A stretch of DNA of 64,000 bases. It comes from Candidatus Brocadiia bacterium. GTDB taxonomy: Bacteria > Planctomycetota > Brocadiia > SM23-32. Numbering within the stretch: the first letter of the stretch is position 1; every line of letters starts with the position of its first letter. The notes under the pieces were generated by a model. That model saw only the letters and a program-made list of their open reading frames with translations. It was not told the DNA's origin and did not search any database. Shown in pieces: positions 7,406 through 17,039 of the stretch. The position numbers and the translations under genes were made by a program. Location: positions 19,926-83,925 of the forward strand of contig JBKHIT010000015.1 of NCBI GenBank assembly GCA_046538485.1, written 5' to 3'.

Positions 7406-10372
7406 TTGTCGTTCTCACCTGTTTCTCAAAAATTCCCCTCTTCGTTTACTGCAGAGACTTACCGAATGTCGAATGTAACCAGTTCACAAACGCCAGTTAG
7501 TGTTCCCGATTTTGACTTTGCGACTCCCGCCATCAAATCGCCCGGTTACGCGTTCTGTCCTCCAGCCCATGAATTCAATCCAGGGGCTCCGAAAATCTAC
7601 TCCCATTCTCCGGAAGCGGGCCCGGATCAGACTTTTTTCCTGGCAGGAGAAAATCTAACTTCCGATCTCGTGTTGTGGGGAATGAGCGACAGGCAGCCCG
7701 GTGGAGAAGAATACCGGCCGCAGGTGCATTTTTGCACGGGCTGTTACCTTTCCGCTACCGTTCCGCAGAGGTGTTACGATGGACTTTTCGTCGGACACGT
7801 GCGTTCTGAGAACGTGTGGTCCCGTCCATTTGTTCTGAATGTCCCTGAGCTATGGTGGGTTATGCCCGATCTGGCTCAGGCGGGGAGTGATCTGTGGCTT
7901 TTCGGAAGAAATCTGGCCCGCCGTCCGGACGAAGGTCGGCCGTATGTTTTTCTCCAGAAAAGTGGATCCGAGGAAGCTGTTACACTGAATGTTAAATGCT
8001 GCGGCAAATATTCCGTGCGGTGTTCTTTGCCAGAAGATCTTGTAGCGGACCAATACCGGCTGTTGGTTCACACTGGTGTTGGGGGGGAAATTGGGTGGAG
8101 TCGCCCCGCGAAATTACAGATTATCGAAAGGGACGAAAACAAACTCAAAGAGTGGGCCTGTGAAGATCTGGACTGCGCGGAACTTCAAGAAACCATCGAC
8201 CTTGTGGTATCAGAGGGGGGAGGAGTGGTGACGCTGCCGGAGGGGGAGATTCTGCTCGATAAAACGTTGAAACTCGGACCGAACGTAATTCTCCAGGGAA
8301 CAGGGGATAAAAATACGGTTTTGCGCTGCCGCGTAACAAGTCCCGAGCCTTTTGAGGTCCCTTTAGAGCGTGGCACTCATACTGAGCCAACCGGGGTGAG
8401 TCTGCCCGGGAACAGAATGGAGTTCCCGGTGAATATCCCATCGTGCGGGAAATGGACCGTTTATGTGCGCTATGCGACGGAGATGTCGTATCGTCGCAAG
8501 CCGGGTGTAAGCGGAAAAATGTCAATCTTTATTGATGACGAGCGCGAAGTGCCGCTTGAGAATTTACCCAATACGGGGAGTTTCCACACGTTTCGATGGA
8601 GCTGTTCGGCGGAGGTCCGTCTGGAAGACGGACAACACAGAATTCAGTTCAGGAATGTCCGCGGCGGGCAGATGAAGCTTGAAGCGATTGCTTTTTCCCT
8701 CGCTGATGATTTACCACCACAAGACCTCGAGTCGGACGAACGCGAAGATCTTGTTGTCTTACGTAACGAGGATATCGATCGTTTTGCTGCCGACGATGGA
8801 GCGGTCCCGCCGACGCATCATGTCGCCGTGTGGTTGACCGGCGACGGAGCCGGTTTGAAAAACGTGAGCATCGAGGGATCTCCCGCCGTGGAAACCGGCG
8901 TTCTGGTCCGGAACAAGAAATTTCCAGAATGGATCCGGGATGCATCGGTCGAAAACGTCTCCGTGAAGTGTGTGGTCGGCAACCGCTGGAAAAACCGTCC
9001 CCTTCACCTGCGGTACGCGCACGGTGCTGTTGTGAGCGGATGCGAACTGTATGGACAGAGCGGCATCTACCTGTCGGGGGTGCGACAGTGCACCATAGGA
9101 AACAATCGTCTGGTTTGCCAGACGCGGTACGGTTCCAACGCAAATGGGGCGATACTGGGGCGACAGAATATAATTGAGGAGTGTGCAATAGTGAACAATG
9201 TTGTGGCTTCGCCCACGGGAATGAACGGCGGGGCGGGAACGGTCCGGAGACTATTGTGGGTTTCAACCGGACATGGATCTGTCAGCCACAATTACATCGC
9301 AGGTAACACCGGAGCGAGAGCCCGTTTTGCGGGGCTTGCGGGAACCGACCAGAACGTGGGCGAGACGATGTTGTTGGAGGCCTGTCAGCGTATTGCCTAT
9401 TTCGGCGTGGCGGAGTCGGCCGAATCGCGCTCTGTGACACTTCCGGAGAGCGTGCCCGCAACATCGCACGAGAAAATGGGCGTGGCGAGTCCCGCGGATC
9501 TTGTGAAAAACGAAGAAGGACGGGAAAAACCTTTCTGCCCTCCCGATACCGAAAAAGATGACGGGCTCGGCGAGACAATTGTCGATCAATATTTTGTGAC
9601 GGTGCTTGATGGGCCCGGGATTGGCCAGACCAGGCGGGTTACCGGACGAGAAAGCAGGACGTACCAGCTCGAACGCCCCTGGCGGGAACAACCGACGGAG
9701 GAATCGACCATCGTCGTCACCACCTTGTTTCATCAGAATCTTCTGGTTCGCAACAAGTCGAGCGATGGGATGTCGGGTATCCAGCTCTGGATAGGATGTG
9801 TGGAGAACGTTGTTGCTGACAATACGATTGAGCGACAGTGCGGTGGAGCGCTTTCTTTGACGGCGACCTGCACGACGATGGCCTCATCCATGCCCCGAAC
9901 CTGGAATCGAGGGATTGGTGTGACCAATTGGAATATTTTTGAAGGCAACTTATCCGACGAGTGTTCGACGGGGGCCGGTTTTGGTGTGGGGAACACTCAA
10001 GGCCTCCCGCTAAATTTCCCGCTCGCGTTGGGCAATGTTCTCCGGCACAATACGTTCCGAAAAAACCGCGCGGGTGGAGTTAATCTTCGCGGGGCGACGG
10101 GAACAGGCGGGGCCACAAACCTCGGCACAATTGTCGAGTTTAACAAAGTTCGGGACTGCAAGGTTGCTTATCATGTTCAGGAGGGGGTGGATGGGGTTGT
10201 TTTAAGACGGAACTTTGCCTATTTCTGGAATTACGTCGACGATGACCCCGGTGTCGGTTTCTGGCTGAAACAGGAAGGAGGGTCAATTGTCGTCGAAAAG
10301 AATGTAGTAGAAGCTTCCCATGGCCGGATGCGACAAAACATCGAGCACATCAGGCGCGGGGAGGGCGATTGA
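7406..10372 (+). CDS. Right-handed beta-helix (pectin lyase-like) protein with an inserted CBM6/CBM35-like module
   Basis: LQETIDLVVSEGGGVVTLPEG...LQGTGDKNTVL beta-helix start and Asn-ladder repeats. CBM-like segment WTVYVRYA...LPNTGSFHTFRW...LEDGQHRIQF (~8400-8700). The start may be ATG7466. Confidence 0.7.
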   Translation: MSFSPVSQKFPSSFTAETYRMSNVTSSQTPVSVPDFDFATPAIKSPGYAFCPPAHEFNPGAPKIYSHSPEAGPDQTFFLAGENLTSDLVLWGMSDRQPGGEEYRPQVHFCTGCYLSATVPQRCYDGLFVGHVRSENVWSRPFVLNVPELWWVMPDLAQAGSDLWLFGRNLARRPDEGRPYVFLQKSGSEEAVTLNVKCCGKYSVRCSLPEDLVADQYRLLVHTGVGGEIGWSRPAKLQIIERDENKLKEWACEDLDCAELQETIDLVVSEGGGVVTLPEGEILLDKTLKLGPNVILQGTGDKNTVLRCRVTSPEPFEVPLERGTHTEPTGVSLPGNRMEFPVNIPSCGKWTVYVRYATEMSYRRKPGVSGKMSIFIDDEREVPLENLPNTGSFHTFRWSCSAEVRLEDGQHRIQFRNVRGGQMKLEAIAFSLADDLPPQDLESDEREDLVVLRNEDIDRFAADDGAVPPTHHVAVWLTGDGAGLKNVSIEGSPAVETGVLVRNKKFPEWIRDASVENVSVKCVVGNRWKNRPLHLRYAHGAVVSGCELYGQSGIYLSGVRQCTIGNNRLVCQTRYGSNANGAILGRQNIIEECAIVNNVVASPTGMNGGAGTVRRLLWVSTGHGSVSHNYIAGNTGARARFAGLAGTDQNVGETMLLEACQRIAYFGVAESAESRSVTLPESVPATSHEKMGVASPADLVKNEEGREKPFCPPDTEKDDGLGETIVDQYFVTVLDGPGIGQTRRVTGRESRTYQLERPWREQPTEESTIVVTTLFHQNLLVRNKSSDGMSGIQLWIGCVENVVADNTIERQCGGALSLTATCTTMASSMPRTWNRGIGVTNWNIFEGNLSDECSTGAGFGVGNTQGLPLNFPLALGNVLRHNTFRKNRAGGVNLRGATGTGGATNLGTIVEFNKVRDCKVAYHVQEGVDGVVLRRNFAYFWNYVDDDPGVGFWLKQEGGSIVVEKNVVEASHGRMRQNIEHIRRGEGD

Positions 10373-10439
10373 CCGGAGGAATAAGAGTTTTCTATTTTTT
10401 CGAGATCTTTATGGGCCGGCGAACCCATTGTGGGAGTTT

Positions 10440-11423
10440 TTACAGCCAGCCGTGTTCTTCATACCAGCGGAGAGTTTTTGCAACACCTTCCGAGAGTGTT
10501 GTCTCGGCGACATAACCAAGCTCACGTCTTATTTTGTCGATGCTGCACACCCAACCCGAGGCCTGAAGTTCGTGGTATTTCTGTCGGCTAAAGATGCTCG
10601 GCTTGCCCGTGATGTTGGAGAGAAATTCCTGTATTGCGCAGGCGGGATAAAGGAATTTACTGGGGACGGAGAAGACCAGCGGCTGGACGTTCATCTGCCG
10701 GGCAATTTCCTCCAAAAGTCCGCGGGAGGTTGAGATGTGAGGGGATGCAACGTTGTATATTTCAGTAAAGGCATCCGCTTCGCCTAAACATTCCAGAACG
10801 GCATCCGCGAGATCCGGACCATAAATGAGGTTGATCTGTTGTGTGCCGCCGTCGAACAGAGGCATGAGCCTGTTGTGCACCGTTTTGAAGGCATGGAAAA
10901 AATCGGTGTCTCTGGGTCCATAGACCGCGGAAGGACGCAGCACGGTCCAGGGGACCTTGCATTTTTCGGTTACTTCGCGTTCCGCCAGGAGTTTGCTTTT
11001 CCCGTAGTCGGAGATGGGTCGGGGGAGATCTTTTTCGGTAGCAGGATTGTTGGACCGACTTGGACCGAGCACCGAACGGCTCGATATATGGATAAACTGG
11101 TCAATCGGATCGATCTGTCGATTGGTTACTTCCACGAGGTTAGCGGTGCCTTTCTGGTTGACCTCGTAGTATTGTTCTGTCCGAACGACTTTGGTTTTTC
11201 CCGCACAATGTATAATCGCCTGGACGCCGTCAACACCGTCTGCCAGCGACTCCGGATCGCTCAGGCTCCCGTAATGGATTTCTACATCGTTCAGGTGGCG
11301 TTTTATAAAAGATGTATCGCTTGTGTGGCGAAGGAGGATGCGAACGGAGACATGGCGTTCGCGCAGCGCATCGAGAATATGGCTGCCGACAAAACCATTT
11401 GCACCGGTCACAAGTACTTTCAC
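10440..11423 (-). CDS. cerR: NAD-dependent epimerase/dehydratase (extended SDR); candidate ceramide reductase
   Basis: VLVTGANGFVG Rossmann motif, HCAG and YGKSK (YxxxK). The GTG start overlaps the upstream TGA. The gene symbol is inferred from operon context. Confidence 0.65.
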   Translation of the reverse strand: MKVLVTGANGFVGSHILDALRERHVSVRILLRHTSDTSFIKRHLNDVEIHYGSLSDPESLADGVDGVQAIIHCAGKTKVVRTEQYYEVNQKGTANLVEVTNRQIDPIDQFIHISSRSVLGPSRSNNPATEKDLPRPISDYGKSKLLAEREVTEKCKVPWTVLRPSAVYGPRDTDFFHAFKTVHNRLMPLFDGGTQQINLIYGPDLADAVLECLGEADAFTEIYNVASPHISTSRGLLEEIARQMNVQPLVFSVPSKFLYPACAIQEFLSNITGKPSIFSRQKYHELQASGWVCSIDKIRRELGYVAETTLSEGVAKTLRWYEEHGWL

Positions 11424-12535
11424 AGTTTTTTCTCGTAGATGCGGTATCTTTTGGTGAGCCAGGCTCCGAAGCGTTCGAGCGCGCGGGTCATCCGGACATT
11501 ATCGGCCAGGATCCAGGACATCTCGCAACTGTGATAACCATTTCGGTATCCGTTACGGAACAACGTATAGTAGAGGACGACATCGATGGCTTTATTCCTC
11601 ATTGTGTCTTTAATGCCCAGCGTGATCACGCGGATATGATCAATCCGCGAGCGTCCGAAAAGCAGATGTATCCAGCCAAATGGCAGCAGCCGACCATGAG
11701 CCTTCCGCAGTAGCATATTATAATCGGGTAAAGCCAGGGCGAAAGCGACGGGTTCGCCATTTTTTTCGACGATCAGGGCGATATCGGGATCGATTATCGG
11801 ACGGAGTTCGTGGGCCATATGCCGGAATTGAGCTTTTGTCATGGGCACAAAACCCCAGTTCTCGGCCCATGCTTCGTTGTAGATTTCCAGGGCGCGCGTG
11901 ACTTCGTTTTCGAAATTGTCAGTATCAAGTGGTCTGACGGTAATTCCGAGCCTTTTTACGATTCGCTTGCTGAATCGCTCGAGGTATCCGGGTATTTCGC
12001 CTCCATTGGCGTATTCAAATGCCAGCAGATCTTGAACTTTGTGGTATCCAGATTTTTCCATAAATGCCGGGTAATAAGGTTTGCCGTAGGGCATCATTAT
12101 CGCCGGACGCTCGTCGAATCCCGAGACGAGCATGCCGCATTCTTCGTTTGTGGAGAAATTGAAGGGGCCGCGGATGACATCAATCTTTTTATCACGGAGC
12201 CAGTTTTCGGCTGTGCTTGTCAATGCCTCAGCCACTTCTGTATCTTTGATGCATTCAAAAAATCCAAAACAGCCCGTGTTTTCGTTCCAGTAATTGTTAT
12301 GTCGGTGGTTTATGTGGGCCGTAATCCGCCCCACAATATTTCCATTGCGCGCAGCAAGGAAATAGGCGACATCTGTGAATTCGAAAAGGGGATTCTTGTC
12401 GGGATCGAAAAACTGCCGTCGTTCCCAGAGCAGGGGAGGGATGTAGTGGGGATTATTGCGGTAGAGCTGACGGGGAAAACGAATAAAGGTTTCGTGTTGT
12501 TTACGGGAGGAGACCGGTGTAACGGTAACTGCCAT
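11420..12535 (-). CDS. bcerS: GNAT-fold N-acyltransferase; candidate bacterial ceramide synthase
   Basis: 371 aa with FIRFPRQLY, NPLFE, GRITA, FGFFEC, IRGPFNFSTNEECGMLVSGF, AWAENWGFVPMT, LPDYN and EMSWILADN motifs, as I recall for the bCerS family. Lies directly downstream of spt. Confidence 0.7.
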   Translation of the reverse strand: MAVTVTPVSSRKQHETFIRFPRQLYRNNPHYIPPLLWERRQFFDPDKNPLFEFTDVAYFLAARNGNIVGRITAHINHRHNNYWNENTGCFGFFECIKDTEVAEALTSTAENWLRDKKIDVIRGPFNFSTNEECGMLVSGFDERPAIMMPYGKPYYPAFMEKSGYHKVQDLLAFEYANGGEIPGYLERFSKRIVKRLGITVRPLDTDNFENEVTRALEIYNEAWAENWGFVPMTKAQFRHMAHELRPIIDPDIALIVEKNGEPVAFALALPDYNMLLRKAHGRLLPFGWIHLLFGRSRIDHIRVITLGIKDTMRNKAIDVVLYYTLFRNGYRNGYHSCEMSWILADNVRMTRALERFGAWLTKRYRIYEKKL

Positions 12536-12554
12536 GGGTTGAGCTCAAGAGCGA

Positions 12555-13760
12555 CTACAGGACGTCCATTTCGCGGCCGACCTGGGCCAATTTATCAAGT
12601 GCAAACTCGATTTGGTCTTCAGTATGAGTGGCCATAAGGCTGATACGTATCAAAGAGGCATTTGGAGGAACCGCGGGGCCCACGATGGGATTGACGAATA
12701 TCCCTTCTTCCTGGAGCCGTTTGCTCATCTTAAGCGTGGTCAGTTTTTGGCCGATATGAATGGGGAGGATAGGTGTCTCGCTCGTTCCAAGGTTGAATCC
12801 GAGATCTTCCAATCCTTCCCGCATCAATTCGGTATTGTGCCAGAGCCTCTCAATACGTTCTGGTTCTTCTTTCATGATATCGATAGCGGCCAGAACCGCG
12901 GCTGCATTTGCCGGACTCATGCTGGCGCTGAATATCAATGAACGCGAATTGTGCTTGAGATACTCGATGGTCTCTTCATCCGAAGCAATAAAACCTCCGA
13001 GCGAGGCGAGTGATTTGCTGAAAGTTCCCATAATAAGATGGACCCTGTCGGTCAGCCCGTAGTAGCTTGCTGTGCCGGATCCGTTTTCGCCTATCACTCC
13101 AATGGAGTGCGCATCGTCAACCATAACAACGGCCCGGTGTGCCTCGGCCAGTTCCACAATTCGAGGCAGAGGGGCGATGTCGCCTTCCATACTGAAGATG
13201 CCATCCACGACGATCATCTTGCCGTCGTCGGGTTCAAGTACTTCCAATTTATCTTTAAGGCCATCCATGTCATTGTGCGGGTAACGCACATACTCCCCGA
13301 ACGACAACAGACAACCGTCGACGATGCTGGCGTGATCGCCTTTATCGCTGATGACGTAGTCCCCGCGGCCTACCAAACAGCTTATCACACCGAGATTGAC
13401 CTGAAATCCCGTGGAGTAAAGCACCACCGACTCTTTATTTACCAGATCGGCAAGTTTCTCTTCCAGTTTCAGATGGATATCGAGAGTCCCGTTTAGAAAG
13501 CGAGAGCCCGCGCAGCCGGAGCCGTACTTATCAACGGCCGCTTTTACTTCTTCTTTGATTTTTGGGTGGTTTGTGAGGCCGAGATAACTGTTTGAACCCA
13601 GCATGAGCACCTGCTGGCCGTTTACGACAACTTCCGTATCTTGAGCGGAAGAAAGCGGTCGAAAATACGGGTACAGACCACTTTTGCGAACCTGCGCGGC
13701 GTCTTCGTAATTCTTGACTTTCTTGAGCAATGGCCGATCGTTTAACGCCACATCCTGCAT
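12555..13760 (-). CDS. spt: Serine palmitoyltransferase (PLP-dependent alpha-oxoamine synthase family)
   Basis: GLYPYFR, GSNSYLGL, GSGCAGSRFLNGTLDIH, HASIVDG, DDAH, the PLP lysine motif GTFSKSLAS and IFSAS. The FLNGT and YPYF signatures fit Spt better than BioF or Kbl. Confidence 0.82.
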   Translation of the reverse strand: MQDVALNDRPLLKKVKNYEDAAQVRKSGLYPYFRPLSSAQDTEVVVNGQQVLMLGSNSYLGLTNHPKIKEEVKAAVDKYGSGCAGSRFLNGTLDIHLKLEEKLADLVNKESVVLYSTGFQVNLGVISCLVGRGDYVISDKGDHASIVDGCLLSFGEYVRYPHNDMDGLKDKLEVLEPDDGKMIVVDGIFSMEGDIAPLPRIVELAEAHRAVVMVDDAHSIGVIGENGSGTASYYGLTDRVHLIMGTFSKSLASLGGFIASDEETIEYLKHNSRSLIFSASMSPANAAAVLAAIDIMKEEPERIERLWHNTELMREGLEDLGFNLGTSETPILPIHIGQKLTTLKMSKRLQEEGIFVNPIVGPAVPPNASLIRISLMATHTEDQIEFALDKLAQVGREMDVL

Positions 13761-13829
13761 TACACTACCTCAGGGGAGTTTTCGCTATTCCTGGCCGGAA
13801 CCCCAGGATACTCAGCTAACAAGAAGACA

Positions 13830-13857
13830 ATTATACAGAAATATGCATTCCATGCAA
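13830..13857 (-). promoter_or_regulatory. Sigma-70-type promoter for the spt operon
   Basis: TTGCAT-N16-TATAAT on the minus strand, about 70 nt upstream of the spt ATG. Confidence 0.5.
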
Positions 13858-13947
13858 CAAATGTGAAGGGAATCCACCAAGAAATAAGCTTGTGGGCAAT
13901 CCTAAACGTCCCGTCTATACTACCCGGAAATCGGCCATAATATCAAA

Positions 13948-14955
13948 CAAGGAATTTGCACTGTCGGTCTTTTCGGTGGCCGGCAGCCGGTCATCCCCCG
14001 AGAATCCCGGCGGACTCTGCCCTCGGACCAGACGCAAATTCCTTAAGTTTCCTTCGGAAAAGGGGCAAGGCTGTTTGCGGCCGGAAGGGCGCCGTTCTCT
14101 TACGCACCTTTCCCGCAGGGAAGCAAGATTTCGGCTACTTTTTGGCGGCGCCGTTGCAAGCGGCCTAAGCGGCCCCTACCAAACTGCGCACCGTTGGTGT
14201 CGTCCTGTCCTCCTCGCTGGCCCCTTTGCTCCTGTTTTCCCTCACCCGCCCCAGCGCCATCGCAAGCATCACTATCAGCGCCAGGCTGCACCGGGCCCGC
14301 ATTTTTTTCTTCCCCCGGATATAGTGGTTCTCAAATCCAAAAGAGACATCCAGTCGGCTGTTTACGCGCTCCACTGAGGTGCGTTTCCTGTAGAGACGCT
14401 CAAATTTCGCGCTCGTGCGTGCCACCGGTAAAAATGTGCGCCGGTCCAGCTTCCGGCTCACCCGCACCACGCCTCCGTACTCTGTCTCCCCGCTGCAGCG
14501 CTCATAGCCCTCGCAGCTCAGACTGTATCGGGCTACCGGGCAGCGCCACTTCTGCGCATCTCGTCCCTTCTCGTAGCCCCAGTAGACCATCTTGCGCCGC
14601 TCCCGTTCCATCTTCCGCATCAAAGGCTCATCCGGCAGGACATCCAAAACCAGCTTCAACCGCTCAAGATCCCCCAGATTCTCCACGTCTTCCCAGCAAA
14701 ACAGTCCTTGATCTGGTATACTGGCCATCGAGCGCTCCTTTCTTTCGGTGGTAAGTGTAACTCTTTCGTAAGACACATTTTACCACAGTCAGGAGGGGCG
14801 CTCATCCTATTTTAGGGCTTTGGGGTAAAAATCCGGGGGCTCACACCAAATCGGCTCCTCAGAACCGCTGAGAGCCCGATTTTGGGGTAAAGAGTTTTTC
14901 TGCCTCCCGCTAAACCACCGCTGCCAAAAGACTTCCAATCAGCGCAAATGGCTCG
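13948..14955 (-). mobile_element. Internally deleted insertion sequence (IS1182/IS5-like DDE), non-autonomous
   Basis: Imperfect terminal IRs CAAGGAATTTGCACTG (13948-13963) and CAGCGCAAATGGCTCG (14940-14955) match at 12/16 and flank a transposase remnant. No clear TSD. Confidence 0.55.
14165..14728 (-). pseudogene. Transposase remnant, N-terminus fused in frame to C-terminus
   Basis: N-terminal LFCWEDVENLGDLERLKLVLDVLPDEPLM joins directly to C-terminal LYRKRTSVERVNSRLDVSFGFENHYIRG. Most of the DDE core is missing. Confidence 0.75.
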
Positions 14956-15043
14956 TGGTGTCATTCTGTTTATTCCCAATAATGCATTTACAGAAAATAC
15001 CCGTGAGTGTATCCTATGGAAAAGGAATTATTTCGGAAAAACA

Positions 15044-15072
15044 TGGACCAAAGTCGGCAAACTCGCGTCTAA
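15044..15072 (+). promoter_or_regulatory. Putative ECF-sigma autoregulatory promoter
   Basis: TGGACC-N16-CGTCTAA just upstream of the ECF RBS, resembling the ECF -35 (AAC-type) / -10 CGT consensus. Confidence 0.4.
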
Positions 15073-15093
15073 TAAACTGTAGGAGTTGAAATA

Positions 15094-15714
15094 GTGCAAG
15101 CCTCTTGCAGTGATGGAGAACTTGTAAGACGTGCCTGTGACGGCGAACTGGAAGCTTTCGGGCTTCTGGTCCGACGCCACCAGGACTATATCTTCAATAG
15201 CGTTTTTCATATGGTTGGAGACCGTCAGGACGCCGAAGATCTTGCGCAAGAGGTTTTCATGAAAGCCTATCGCGGTCTCAGTGGCTTTCAGCATGAAGCA
15301 CGTTTCAGCACGTGGATTTATGGAATTATGCTGAATTGCGTGCGAAGCCACTGGCGCCGCCGCGGAAGACGACTCAATCCGATGAGTCTCGATGCCGGAG
15401 GAGACGATGAAGATAGCTCGATGCCCGACCCACCTGCCGACGAGGATGGCCCACCGGAACAGCTGGCTCGCAAAGAACGTGTCCAGATGGTCCGTGAAGC
15501 CATCGCGAAACTTCCTGTGGATCTCAAAGAGGTTGTTACTTTGCGAGACTTGCAGGGCCTGTCTTACCGCGAGCTTTCGGAGGTCCTCGAAGTCCCGCTG
15601 GGCACCGTTAAAAGCCGTCTCGCCCGTGCGAGGGGTAAACTCAAAGGAAAAGTTATCGCCGTTGCCGGCGGCCGACCCGAAGGGTTCGAGTCACAGTCAA
15701 GAAATCAGACTTAA
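15094..15714 (+). CDS. ECF RNA polymerase sigma factor (SigW/RpoE-like)
   Basis: Region 2 DAEDLAQEVFMKAY and FSTWIYGI; region 4 LSYRELSEVLEVPLGTVKSRLARAR. Confidence 0.92.
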   Translation: MQASCSDGELVRRACDGELEAFGLLVRRHQDYIFNSVFHMVGDRQDAEDLAQEVFMKAYRGLSGFQHEARFSTWIYGIMLNCVRSHWRRRGRRLNPMSLDAGGDDEDSSMPDPPADEDGPPEQLARKERVQMVREAIAKLPVDLKEVVTLRDLQGLSYRELSEVLEVPLGTVKSRLARARGKLKGKVIAVAGGRPEGFESQSRNQT

Positions 15715-15735
15715 ACCAATATCAGGTGTGAAGCA

Positions 15736-17025
15736 ATGAAGTGTGAACAGGTTAAAAAAAGCCTGTCCGAATATATTGATCGGGAACTTACCCCGGACCA
15801 AATCGCCGAGGTCGAGGACCATCTCGAGACCTGCCCCGACTGTCGGCGGGAGCTGGAAGAGCTACGAAAAACTGTCGAAACCATCCGAAAATTGCCCGAG
15901 GAAAAACCGCCTCCCGGGTTTGCCGCGAATGTTCTCGGCCGTATTCAAAAAACAGAAAAGGCAAAAATAATCCCGTCTGCCAGCAAAGAAAGGTTCTGGC
16001 CCCGGGCTCTGGCGGTCGCCGCTATGTTCCTGCTCGTTGTCGGGGTCACCATGTTGCTGGAACAAAATGGACTGCTGGCCCCCGCTGGAATGGAAGAAGA
16101 TCAACTGGCGTTCGTTCCCCCAGGGAAGAAGGACCGCGCTCAGGGTCTTGAAGAGGCCGGTGAAATTGCAAGAAAGGAAATTCATAAAGAATCCGAGCGG
16201 ATTATGGGGAAAGGTGACGAGGGCGCAAAGCTGGCGGAAAAAGGGGCCGGTCTGGATGAAGTGGCCCACCCACTGAAAGCGGAAGCACCGGCGCCAGCGA
16301 CCGCAGAAAGAAAAAGCCTTAAAAAATCGAATGTGGCCGCAAAACGCAGCACCGGCGGGGCCAAAGACCTCCGTAAAGCTGAAGGAGGGTGGGGCGGCGG
16401 GGGACGCGCCAAAGCCGGTTCGGAACCACCCGACCAAGTTCTGACAATTGACACGGAAGAACCCATACAGCTTGCACAAAAAGCCATCGAACTGGCCGGT
16501 ACCAATAAGATCCGAAATGTGAAGCTCGTTTTCGAGAAAGATAGAGACAAAAATGAAGCGGTCACTTTGGTCGTACCCGTGCCGGCTGAAAGGTACGAAA
16601 CTTTTCTCAATGAGCTTTCTCTGCTTATCCCCCCCGCGCGGCAAAGACTGTCAGCGGTTGGAGAATCGGAGGGCGACGTTTTTCTGCGGTCAGTCACGAA
16701 GCGCTTTCAGAAACGTCTTCTGCGTCGGGGCCCGAGGGAAAAAGAAAAAGTTTCTGGCACCGGGGATTCTGCATCCCTGGAAGATGAAAAAGCCGATGGA
16801 GGAAAAGTAGAAGAAGAAAGGGATGCAGAACTGGCTGCCGAGCAGAAACGCGTTGAACCCACGCGGTCAGGTCTTACCACCGGTGTCGCCGTGCAGCAGT
16901 TCGAGCGGCGGCCGCAGAAAGTAAAACTGGTGATACGTCTGAACCGTTTGGATAAGGGATATGCAGCTGGAGCGGCTGAAGAAGACGCAGAGAAAAAAGC
17001 GCACCCACCGGCCATGGGTTTCTAA
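15736..17025 (+). CDS. Zinc-binding anti-sigma factor (zf-HC2/ZAS) with TM helix and extracytoplasmic domain
   Basis: MKCEQVKKSLSEYID...HLETCPDC (HxxxCxxC) and TM ALAVAAMFLLVVGVTMLL; directly downstream of the ECF. Confidence 0.85.
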   Translation: MKCEQVKKSLSEYIDRELTPDQIAEVEDHLETCPDCRRELEELRKTVETIRKLPEEKPPPGFAANVLGRIQKTEKAKIIPSASKERFWPRALAVAAMFLLVVGVTMLLEQNGLLAPAGMEEDQLAFVPPGKKDRAQGLEEAGEIARKEIHKESERIMGKGDEGAKLAEKGAGLDEVAHPLKAEAPAPATAERKSLKKSNVAAKRSTGGAKDLRKAEGGWGGGGRAKAGSEPPDQVLTIDTEEPIQLAQKAIELAGTNKIRNVKLVFEKDRDKNEAVTLVVPVPAERYETFLNELSLLIPPARQRLSAVGESEGDVFLRSVTKRFQKRLLRRGPREKEKVSGTGDSASLEDEKADGGKVEEERDAELAAEQKRVEPTRSGLTTGVAVQQFERRPQKVKLVIRLNRLDKGYAAGAAEEDAEKKAHPPAMGF

Positions 17026-17039
17026 AGGCATAAGGATTT

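Noticed and set aside
12555..13760. Annotation as BioF or Kbl
   Set aside because: The YPYFR and GSRFLNGT signatures and the GNAT + SDR neighbours fit Spt better. No biotin or tdh genes are nearby.
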